A DNA stretch of 62,628 bases, counting the filler, from Phoronis australis (Eukaryota > Animalia > Phoronida): the NCBI GenBank assembly GCA_002633005.1. It is 9 parts of 9 records of this genome, joined end to end, with 100 filler letters (N's around TTAATTAATTAA, not from the genome) between each part and the next. Parts side by side here need not be neighbours in the genome. Positions count along the whole stretch, not along the records: positions 1 to 6,429 come from NMRA01001161.1; positions 6,530 to 10,422 come from NMRA01000920.1; positions 10,523 to 13,792 come from NMRA01003114.1; 6 more parts are not named here. One strand, given 5' to 3'. The position numbers and the translations under genes were made by a program. The notes beneath the pieces were generated by a model, which ran no database searches, had not been told where the DNA came from, and saw only the letters and a list, made by a program, of their open reading frames with translations. Of the stretch, positions 1 to 10,922 are shown one piece after another; position 1 is the stretch's first letter; every line of letters starts with the position of its first letter.

Positions 1-20
1 TATTTGTATTTGTATTTGTA
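1..20. repeat. (TATTTG)n microsatellite at window edge
   Basis: tatttgtatttgtatttgta. Confidence 0.8.
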
Positions 21-1547
21 TAGAACGGCCTGTGAAGGGAAGACTTTATTAAACAATCCTCTAGCTCCTAAGGTAACTCACCTGATCAGTCCATACGCTT
101 AGCTGCAGCATTGTTTTCAGACCAGTTACGATTTTTTATAGGGACATTCATTACTAATTATATTGCTATTATCTACGTGAATATAAAGAATCATCTGCAG
201 TAATCCCTGGAAGCAAGTTATAGCATGGTTCTCTGCGGCATTAAGCCACGGCGACTCATTTTCGAGGCCGGCTTCGCACACTCCCAGAACTTCAATAGCT
301 CGCCACAGAAGTGATCGCAGTCTTTATTATCTAATTTCTCGTTTGGAACAAGAGATGTAGAAACGCGTAAAAATCCCTTGAATGGTTACTATACATGTAC
401 AGGAAGTCAACTCCTGCGACTGAGCTACCTAGACCAGATCGCGTATTAGCGCCCGGGAGCTCTTTACTTGAAAACATTTTTGACCCAGCTTTTATTCCAA
501 ACCGGCACTTATTTAAAACCAAGCGCATATTCAAGAAGCTGTGCCAGTTTTGCAGACCCAGTGCCCACTCATGACCAGTAAGTTCCTAGCTGTATTCAAC
601 AGCATGGTGTCAATGAGCATTGTTTTGAAAAGTGTTCGTTTCCCTTGTCGTTTTTAAAAAAAACTTTTACGTCACTTTGAATTTTCAACACTTTCAACGC
701 ACCTACGCATTGATTTCCATTCATGATGTTGTCTTACATTTAGTTAACAATAGGCCTTAGACTATCCAGTAAAACAGTACGCTGTGGTCAGAGTTGTAGT
801 TTCAGTTAGTCTTGAATAGACGCCTGGGCTCTTATTTGAGACCTCACGCTTATTTGAGACACCGGAGCTTAATTATTTCAAAATGATGTTTTTAACTGGC
901 CCTTTCCCGTGCTTTTTCGATACTGACGCTTCTAACGGACCGGCCACAATGTACATGTACACCACGTGACTGCAGCATGCTTTAAAGCCTTGTTTTGGCA
1001 GAGGAATGTAAACCATGGATATGGCCTCTGATGCCGTGCAAGCAGACGATTGAAGCTAGCTACATGTACTACCAATGAGTTATATATATCTTATTGGCTA
1101 CTACCAACATTAGTCAAATCAGTTTCAGTAAAAATGAACAATAAGAAAGCAAACGCCATCATTATTGTTTTTAAAATTGAAAAGTAAATATTAGCCGTCT
1201 TTGAATTGTTTAAAATCAAAGCTTCATAGGAGAAATTAGCTTATAGTTTTTACAGCATCGCGCCCCCCACGAGCATCAGTTTGTGAATCGGTTAACACAG
1301 GTTAGTCGCAGTCTGGCTCAGACTCACGAACCGTAGGCGTTGGAGTAACAAAACCTCAAATGTTAGCGTATACTAAGATTTGTTTCATGAACCTCAGCTC
1401 CTTTTAGGTATAAATCTGTATCCATGTTCCGTGTAATAGTAAGTTTCTTGCAAATCTCTGTTGGTCTCGTGACGAAATGCTACTTGCCGAAGTCCTTTGG
1501 ACACTGCAGGCTGGTGAAAATACACGGTCGGGGCCAAAGGCTTGTAG

Positions 1548-1555
1548 TATATAAA
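1548..1555 (+). promoter_or_regulatory. Candidate TATA box of the CAP/SCP gene
   Basis: TATATAAA about 120 bp upstream of the ATG at 1672, followed by a CACGTG E-box. Confidence 0.5.
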
Positions 1556-1671
1556 CACGTGCATCTTCCCGTACTAGTACGTGACAAAGTGTAACAACCG
1601 AGAGACAGAGCTGTTTATTACTCCATTGAGTGACTTCACAGTGTTTAGCGAGGCATTTCTATCGGTCAAAA

Positions 1672-1869
1672 ATGAAAGTTGTTGCTGTGATGTTTATTTT
1701 TGCGTTGTGTTTTCCTGCCGTTCTGGCGAGCGCGGTATGGGCTTCGAGGGCCACAGACGACACGTTTGACAATTGCAATAAGACCGCGCCGGTAACGTTG
1801 TCTGATCAAGAAAAACAACAAATCGTTGATGCTCACAACCATTTGCGGCAAACCCTAGAAACAGATAAG
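1672..1869 (+). CDS. First coding exon of a secreted CAP/SCP-domain protein (GLIPR/PI16/CRISP-like); remaining exons not found
   Basis: Signal peptide MKVVAVMFIFALCFPAVLA, then LSDQEKQQIVDAHNHLRQ, the typical first helix of CAP domains. Donor AAG|GTGAAG at 1870; alternative donor GTATGT near 1892. Confidence 0.75.
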
Positions 1870-4800
1870 GTGAAGTTCCAAAAAATTATAAGTATGTCTT
1901 AATTTTGATTTGGTACAGAAAAATTTAGCTGAAAAGGGCATGCATGACCTTAGAAAAGTAGCAAAACTTGAGATTTCGTTAGGTCGATCGAAACTTTTAA
2001 GTTTAAAAGTCTGAATAATTCCCGTTTATCAGAAGTCCAAATAATTCTGAGCTTAACTGAAGTTAATGTTATTTTGTAGTTAAATGTTATTGTTAGTTGT
2101 GCACCACCTCCTAAAATGAACGCCGTAGTGAGTGTCTGCTTACTTTGCCATTGGTAATGAAGTTTTCCGGATATCACGCCCACTTGAAAAAGTTTAGTAG
2201 TAAAATTAGACAAATGCAAACACAGCTAAAAGATACCGAATATTTGTCTTTGTAATATATTTTGACTGAAAATTGAAATTAATGTAGAGGAACAATATCT
2301 TTTGAGCAGTGGTGTGTTTTCTGTGAAAAACTCATTATATACGGCGAGTAGAGCGGGTACGCGTAGTGCATGTTTCTGCCGCCACTCACTTAATCTACGG
2401 TTCACTCCCAAAAATTAAAAATAGACAACAATTATTTTGTACTCACTAAATTTTTGAAAATGTTTGGAGTGGTGTTCAATGAAACGGAAAGAGTTTCTTT
2501 AAGTGAGTGTTTAAACTGCTGGTATAAGACATGCTGTAGAAGAAAAAATCAGCAGATTCTTGTCCAAACGGCGAGACCTTGAAAAATGTTTGATTATAGA
2601 CAAGTTTAAAGAGCTTTGCAAATTATATGACCTGCACATACGATAACACAATTTTGACGTATGTCACTTTAGAAAAAAAGTGTGGTTCAAATACAGTTAA
2701 GGAAGTTTAAATACCTACAAATTCGAAGTTACGAATTTCTGAATGGAATATTGCCACTCATCTCTTCGCTGATGCATATAGACTTTTTGTTAAGTGCGTT
2801 GGAACAAATTTGCTGGCGAATGTTTCTTTATTTCTCAGAGCCCGAGTCTATCAAAATTCTTTCCATCTCTTCGTTCTCATGTCTTTCTCCTGTTTTGTTT
2901 ACCGTTGAACCCATGCTTGTATTTTAGCACACATCACGAATTTTTGTTCGACTGATCGGAAATTGGTCGACCACCGGTCGACGACCGGCCGTCTAGCCGA
3001 CCAGCAGCCAACCAACAGTGGTCTGCTAGGAGCCGTCTGCTGAGTCGCCTCTGCGGTCGGCACTTCGGTCGGCAAAGTGGTCGCCTAGAATAGACGACCA
3101 ATTCGGATTATGCGTGTACTCGGTCGGCAATTACCATTTTATGACTTAGCGGGTGAGCTTTGGCCAAACAAACATTTAACTGTTTGCTGTTCGTTGACCA
3201 GTGGCCTGTCCGGTCTTGACATCGGTTTATCAACTTTTGTTCACCTATTGAAAGGTGGTCAAATCGAATCAACCTACANTTTTTCACGGACCAAAATGAT
3301 CTGTAAACGATGATCAGACTGATATATGTGAACGATGATCAGTTTCGTCAGAATTCATATCAACCAAAATGGAGGTGCAAGATTTTTACACAAGCATTAC
3401 TTACAGGTATTCTAAGTTCAGAAAATATGATTAAGACAGTGAAGAAGACGAACTTTTACGTACAAGTTCAATAAGATTGACAGCAAATATAATAGGCAAA
3501 ACTAAACCTTTTTACTAGCAAGGAGCAATGTATAATGCATAAAGAAGTATGCAACAGTCAGGGCACGGACTTCTGTGAACATCCTGAAGGGCTTAGGCCT
3601 ACGTGTAGCTAGGATGGAGGGAGATTTGTCTCGTGCGGAACCCTCTCCGGAGAAAAGGAGGGAGAGGCGACAAAATTCGTGATGATCGGCACTAAACATT
3701 TTAGCATCAGAAATATTACATAGATTCATTCAAGTAAGTCAGGCAATTAAAACGCTATTTAATTAATAATCCACTGGTGCCACCTGCCGCCCCGAAGTGT
3801 TGTACCAGAGGGTTCCAGTTTAATTCCGTCCTGTAGCCATGATTTTATTACTACTTCTAAATTTCTGTAATTACATCACCTTTCGTCTGTTATAATTGAT
3901 AAACGCAAATGAAAACTTTGGAACGTTCTAGAAACCTGTGTAGTTAGTTGTTGCAACAAGAGGATGGTTGCATATATCAAAATTGACAAATATCCGTGGC
4001 GTTGGCACAGTTGGATTTTGTAATTAAATGCTGAATGACGTCAATATGAACATGCCACAAGTCAAACTTTAAAAATTTATCTAAAACTAATGATTGCTTA
4101 AAGGTATTTCGATAAACACACTATACATTCATTGACTGGCCGTAGTTTGGCGGGAAATGACGTGGTATGACGATGATAACTGGTACGGAACCGATAACTC
4201 TCACCTTCATTTGATGCACGACGTGGCACTGACTTAATGCATCAACCAAACATGTTAATTTTTGAAAATGTCCTCAAAAATGGACTTTTTCAAACACCGT
4301 GTTTGCTTTAGTCGTGTAAAAATGCGAAATGAACCGTTCTACACGCTGCTCAAAGCACTTCAGGTGACATAGGGAAACGAAAACGTCTCGGTCTTACAAC
4401 GCTGCATGTGCTTGGCATTTCTGACAAAGGGCTCTCACGCTGGACGTTTTTTTGAAAGTAAGCAACGTCCCAAAAATCGTTGGTCTCGTTACAGCTGACC
4501 ACAGAAGAATGATTCTGCGATTTTAGGACTGAAACTGAACCAAATCCGGCGTGGTCACTCATTGGAAGGTGCAGAACTCGGGAAGAAGGGGGAGGGGCAA
4601 TACAAGCATGATATTTTTATTTTGGAGCCTTAGTTGCCAGATGTCATTCAGCGTCAGTTACTACCTAAGGAGGCCAGATCATGCGGTATATACATCACCA
4701 GACGTTTTGCCTCTCAAAAAGTGTACCTGGGTGTATTTTCTTTCATTTCTTTCGACATCGCATTCGCTTTACGAAAGATTCACGCACAGATGCCGCGTAT

Positions 4801-5952
4801 AGAGACAAATACGTTCTCACCACGCATTTGCATCTTCCCGTTCAAAATTGTTTTATTTTATACAGTTTGTCAATATGTTGTTGACAGAAAATATTTGTTT
4901 TTGAAACAACGTCAGCGACCAACTGATACATGTGCTGTAACCACTAGATCAAATTTTACCGTCACCGATGCATGAATACGCGAAGCTAAAATTGGTAGTA
5001 GCCTCAACAATGGTCATTCCGTATTTGATGTCACTGTCTAAGTTCGTGGAAATCCATAAGATTTCGAAATTAGAGCCTCCAAGTCCGTGGGCTTAGGACA
5101 TAAAGTTCCGTGCATTTTGCGTCTTTACTGCAAGGGTTAATACCGTGAAATTAAAATCTCCGGATCAAGGAAGAGCTCTTCGGTGCAACAACTCATTCAC
5201 TACTCTAGCCTGAAAATCGCAGCCCACTAACGGGTCGGCTGGTAGTCGGTGGGCCAGAATTTGTAGGGCCTCTAGAAAATGGTTTTTGTTAGTACTTTAG
5301 GGGCGCAATTTTATTTTGGTGTTTTTCAATTCATTTATTAGAGTTTTTAAAATCTAAAAAGTTCCCACATATAAAGTTGCACATTGTTGAGAAATTTGAG
5401 TTTGTAGTTACCTAATAATCACCAAACAGCTTAGTAAACTTATATTTGTAAAAACAACGGTTTTGGTGACTTTTTTGTAAATCAAGTAATATGGTCCCAT
5501 CAGTGCCATTGTATTGAACAATATTACACTCACATAACATGTTTTACTATTGAAGATTAATTGTAAACAGTGAAATTTAAAAATGTAAAGAGACACCTAG
5601 TGGCAAAAATGCAAACTAAGTCTGGATGTTACTAGGAACTGATTCTGGCATTGTCTGGCAACAAAAATAACACAAACCACTTGAGACTGGGCAACATTTG
5701 TGCCTCAATGACTAAAACATTGATTAAAGTGTAAAATACAGCTTGTTTACATACTACACCAGAAATACGTTATAGTACAAAAACAATACAGTTGAATGAT
5801 CTCTCTGAATGTGCACACAGACTGTATGAAAATAATAGCAGTATGAGACAAATACATGACAATGATCAAAGTATGTACTTTCTATTACTTAAACAACAAA
5901 TAAAATTAACTTTTTAATACAGAAAAAACGAAATAACGGTGTTGAGGTCTAT

Positions 5953-6290
5953 TTACGGTTGACTTGTCAAAGAACTATCCAATATTATGCAGGCAGTGTT
6001 GCTGATGTTACTACAGTTGTCACAGCTGCACATTTCTGTACAGTTTGACCCAGCATTGCAACACAAACTCAGTTTCCCAGCACACATGTTCTTTTTGCAC
6101 TTGCAGCGTTCATCGTTTAGTACTGTCAGTGGAGATGCGGGCATTGCCATACATTTAACTGCAAAGCTCCACCGCCAAGGAGCCAAGTATGGTCGATTAG
6201 AGAGGGTACAGCACTGCACACTGGTGATTGGCCCGCAGGCAATGAAGGGTCAAACACTAAGTCCTTGTTTGAGGCGGGCAGGATTTGGAC
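5953..6290 (-). pseudogene. Decayed C-terminus of a transposon-associated protein ending in a tesmin/TSO1-like CXC cysteine cluster
   Basis: Across frameshifts: PPQTRT*CLTLHCLRANHQCAV / VPSLIDHTW / PASPLTVLNDERCKCKKNMC..CCNAGSNCTEMCSCDNCSN. This resembles the PPT..L..H..RA.YQ..W...GW...CxCK..C..CxC...CT..CxC..CxN pattern of invertebrate repeat-derived proteins (family recalled, not searched). Confidence 0.55.
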
Positions 6291-6429
6291 AAACGTTTGA
6301 TTCAAAATATGTTATAATGGGCTGTGTAAATTAGACACATGGTCTTTATCTTTGAATTTCATTTGCATATTCAGGGCTCTGGACTGAGCTGTTGCTTGCG
6401 ATACAAGTCCAACTGAAAAAACCCGAACT

Positions 6430-6529
6430 NNNNNNNNNNNNNNNNNNNNNNNNNNNNNNNNNNNNNNNNNNNNTTAATTAATTAANNNNNNNNNNNNNNN
6501 NNNNNNNNNNNNNNNNNNNNNNNNNNNNN
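6430..6529. other. Artificial contig linker N44-TTAATTAATTAA-N44 (also 10423-10522, 13793-13892, 16441-16540, 20000-20099, 30127-30226, 32836-32935, 59710-59809)
   Basis: Eight identical 100-bp spacers whose core gives stops in all six frames. Confidence 0.95.
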
Positions 6530-7969
6530 GGCTATTTGTTTGTTTTCCTTTTGCTGTCTCAATTCTAGAAGATTTTACACTCGCTTTCATCTGCTGCAAC
6601 ACTTTCTTTACCCCTGTCTGACAGGCCACATAAAACAACTGCTGGGTGACTCTTCAGTTTAAAACCCTTTGTTCTCAGTGTTTCGTCTAAAAGTAGATGT
6701 CGGTTTTTCAAAATCCTGGTAATGTGTACCTTCAAGTCGTGAGTGACACGTTTGTTGAAGCTCGCCTCACAATAACAGTGAACTTGTTTCCTGAAATGAA
6801 AATAAGTTAGTTTGTGAAACTAAAATTATGCTTGATGTACCTGTAGTGCTCATTGCAATTTAATGGAAATATGTTATGCTGTTGTTCAGTTTTGATACGA
6901 AAGTAACACAGTAATGACGCAAAATGGGATTAATTCATAGCATCGCACTTATCTTGTAACCTTCCATGTTTTAAAATTCATTACTATTCGACACACCACT
7001 ATGAGTTCCCGATCGCATAAACAAACCCAAATTTGCGTTCCCGATCGCTATCGTTGCGTTCTCGATTGCATCTTTTAACAGAAAGGCGTCGAAAAATCAG
7101 AGATCCTGACAAAACTACAAAAAAGAGTTACGTTGTATTTTCACACGTCATTTCTTCATAACTCCATCTTCAATTTCTTGATTTAGTGCCAAAATTAACG
7201 ATAATTTGCCAAAATGACATGCAAATCACCTTCGGCTTATGCGATGCCTCGGTCAACGTAACTTTTCTCCTACCATTGGAAGAGACACTAGCCTAAACCT
7301 CTACCTGCCCTTCCTCAATGTGTTACGCCTTGAACTCATGTCTCCGTTTCACATTGGAAGTTAAAACAACGAAAATTCATCAAATTTACTCACTTTGCCT
7401 GGCTTCGCTTCTCGTGCCAAATTTCGTTCTCGATCGCCTTCCGGGCGTTGTCGATCGCGGGTTGGCCGGGGTGAGATGGGGATTGACAATGGGAGAGCTG
7501 ACTTTGAAGACAGTAGCAAAGTAGCGACTGATCAAGTGGCATACTAGTGGCCTCTTGATGGCAATTTCACTTTTGTTTAAAACGCATCACGTCTAATCAC
7601 ATACACTTTTCACGAAGTCAAACATGTTCAGCAATGTCACACGCTCATGTGGGGAGGTAGTACCTCCTAGTACAGCCACAATATCATCTCAAAAGCCCCC
7701 CGTTTGAAATGTTCCCGTGAATAAATACCACAGAACACAATTTAGGCATGTTGTTTTATTTGGGCTGAGATTGAGGCTTGAGCAGCACGTGCCCGCGGTA
7801 CTCTGTCTATCCCCACAATCATTTGTTTTGATCGTTTTGAAAAGTAAACTGAGTTCCTCTATCCCTCTTCTTGGAACCACACATGCGTTCTCAAACTCCA
7901 TCTCTTTCGTTACATCTCCTACTCAGCGCCATATTCTCATTCTTCCGCCTCGCGCGTTCACTTACGTAC

Positions 7970-8215
7970 CAGGGCATTTGGGTATGTCACAACTTTCCCA
8001 CCGGGAATTCGGGTCAGTAGTATAACACCAAGGGACCAATTCTTCACGGTTCGGAACATTTCGACAATAATTCTGATCGTCATGGTACACTATAAACATG
8101 GTGTGCCAATGAGGAGAGTGCACCTGCCACGCCTGGCATGTTCGACCACTCCATGTTTTGCTTAAGGATCCTCTGTAGAGAAAGCCAAATTTATCGTCCG
8201 GACGGAGGCATTCCT
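7970..8215 (-). CDS. Kringle-domain exon of an unidentified multidomain extracellular protein
   Basis: ECLRPDDKFGFLYRGSLSKTWSGRTCQAWQVHSPHWHTMFIVYHDDQNYCRNVPNREELVPWCYTTDPNSRWESCDIPKCP, with all six Cys and the YRG, CQAW, NYCRN, PWCYT and RWE motifs. Acceptor tttcag and donor G|GTACGT give a 246-bp phase 1-1 exon. Not in the ORF track. Confidence 0.9.
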
Positions 8216-10651
8216 CTGAAATGACAAATGAAAATTTGCGAATCAGGTTTTTAAGTTCAGACGGCTAAAGCCAAAATTATACCCGCTGTCTGAGAATGGG
8301 TTGCTCCTTGCTATTTCGATTTATTATGATAATTAGACAGAGCTTCAAGTTAATAGAAGTATATTTAGCTAGTTCACTCGCACTTAATTGTTGTGCCGGG
8401 AATTCAATGATTGTGTGTGGAAACCTAGTGGTTTGTTTTTATACCACCAATTGGGTAACCACACCATAAGTTCTACTGCACAACGCTGTCCCTTGTCTAT
8501 AACTACACACACGCTGTTTTGGACTTAACCTGGGTCGTGAACTGGAAGAGCATGTTGTATGTTCCTCCCCTCGGCCAGTTTTTGTCAATCACCACAGGGG
8601 ATATTATTCACGACGTTAATGTTTGTGTTTTGATCTGGAACTGTGGATGGTTGTTAGTCCTAGGTTACCTTTTCCACTTGTATCACGAATAAGTTCGAGG
8701 AACTGACTGATTCATCACATACTTAAATTAGACCGATTATTAATTTTCATGACTTTTTATAACTGGTATTCTAAATGATACTTCGGTGTTCTGATTGGTT
8801 GAAATGGGATACAACTTCCTACATAGTGACACTAATAAACTTAGGTTGACTTGTATTTTTTAGCCACAGTTGAATTTTGCGCCCTGAATTTCATTTCAAA
8901 TTGGCGGTTTCTAGTATAAAGCCTGCATTATGCAAATGCGGACCGATCCTAAGGACTGCCGGGGACTTTCGATAAAGTTCAGAGATCTGTAGACCGCAAT
9001 GCATTACCTTGCAAGAAGTCTTTGCTTACGGACTGGAAACAGTGAATTCAATCCCATAGTGCATGAATTCGATCCCATAATTCAACATCTCAACGTCACC
9101 ATCCAACCCCTTCAGCTGCCGCCATTTTTCTAGGTAACGTGATTTTGCGAAGTCTTGCGAGATCTCGCTTTCTATGCAAGAAACTAGTTCTACAGAACTT
9201 TTTCTACTGGTAGAAATCTCCCAAAAAGCTACTGATGACGGACGTATTTCCCCTGAAATTTTGTAGTTGCCTTTTTTTCATTTGTGGTTTTGAATAAGAG
9301 CCGTTTTGTGCATGAGGTGACAATTTATGTTTTGTTTAATGGCACCAAACGAAAAAAATCAAGTCGTACTCGCATTTTAGTCCAGTGTCTGCATTTTCAG
9401 TCACCACGCAACGTACAGTCCCGCCTCGGTCTAAAATACGAAAAGATCCTACCTAGATAGGTGGCACGAGTAGTATCAAGTTTTACAGCAATAGCGAAAC
9501 GATTAAACAATTTTGGTTCAGTTGTGCTTTTTGGGAACAACGGAGCTTGAAGAAAGTGTTGTTTCCGAAAGAACGTCCTAGGCACTTTATCGGAAATCCC
9601 GGGTACATCAGGTAGGCCTAAGGTGTACATGTTTTATCATTGTGCTATGAAGACTTTTCACAAAAAACGCCCTGGTTTCTTTTTGGGAACAAAAAGCGAT
9701 TTGACAAAATCGTTGCATCCAAAATGTACTCTCGACACTTCTTCGGAAATCCAATATATATTGGGTCATAGGGACCGAGGGACAGCAAATGTTTCCTAAG
9801 TTCAAATGCCAAAAGCAACATTGATCTCTCAAGATATGCCCCGAGGCATCGGTGTTTTATTACACGAACACTGGTGGTTATTGCCTCCGATACTTGCATG
9901 CTGACACTGTACGCTCGTTTTGTAGCCAGGATCTATTGTTTCTGCCGCATCTGACATAAAAGATCGCAAACAGCGACATCTGATGTTTAGGCTGAATGAA
10001 TGAAAAGTTGTATTTCATAGCCAGCTTGGCCAGTATAACTGCATGCCGAAAACCAAAATCCACAGTTCAGACCTGCATTTTAATGATATGCAGGGCCATT
10101 GAAACTAGGGAGGATATGTGGACCCCTAAAAATGTGTAGCTTCAGTGAAGACTGATGTTTCCACCAAGAGTGGTGCAAAGTGTCGATTCCTCTAAGTAAC
10201 TCTAAAAAATTTTACACTCCTAAGAGCCCAGTAATCTAAGCCCCCTATCACTAATGTGTTAAACAAATTTGAATGCAATCGGCTTAATTAGAACTCAATG
10301 CATTTCTTTAACAACCCACCAGTAAGTAGGACGGAAATGCAACGATAATTCCAATTAATCATCAATCAGATTATTTGACATCTCACCATTTCTTTTAAAG
10401 TGAATGATTTTGTGATTAATTTNNNNNNNNNNNNNNNNNNNNNNNNNNNNNNNNNNNNNNNNNNNNTTAATTAATTAANNNNNNNNNNNNNNNNNNNNNN
10501 NNNNNNNNNNNNNNNNNNNNNNACGCCAGTGACGCTGTAAAGTGTGAATGAAATTATCACCCTAAAATCCATATGAATCCTGCACTGGCAGGCGTGACCC
10601 GTAACACGGTTTGATTGTGCAAATGGTGTAAAATCAACGTGAATCTGGTGT

Positions 10652-10922
10652 CATGCGCGCATCCAGCCTAAAACATACATGTAGGGGGGATCGAATTTTT
10701 CGTTATGCGGATCTTTTACTGAAAAAAATCAACAAAGGACTACCATCACTAGGCTCAGGTCTGCGAATTGTGCACCCGCGCCGACTTCCTGTGGACTTTG
10801 TGGACGTTTGTCTCGTTTACTCGAACTTTTTGTTTCACTGAGGCGGACCTTTTTGCCCAATTCGCCAAATTGGGGGGCTCGTTCTAGCCCCCGAGCCCCC
10901 CCCCCCTCCGGGTGCGCACATG
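10652..10922. mobile_element. MITE with CATG-ended TIRs and a 5-bp target duplication
   Basis: Left CATGCGCGCATCCAG and right CCGGGTGCGCACATG; GGTGT on both flanks. Confidence 0.6.

Noticed and set aside
1672-8215. CAP plus kringle as one multidomain gene
   Set aside because: Opposite strands and separated by an artificial linker
8745-10380. Possible Crypton-like element (TTATA..GATTGG start, CAATCAGAT end)
   Set aside because: No tyrosine-recombinase motifs found in any frame I read
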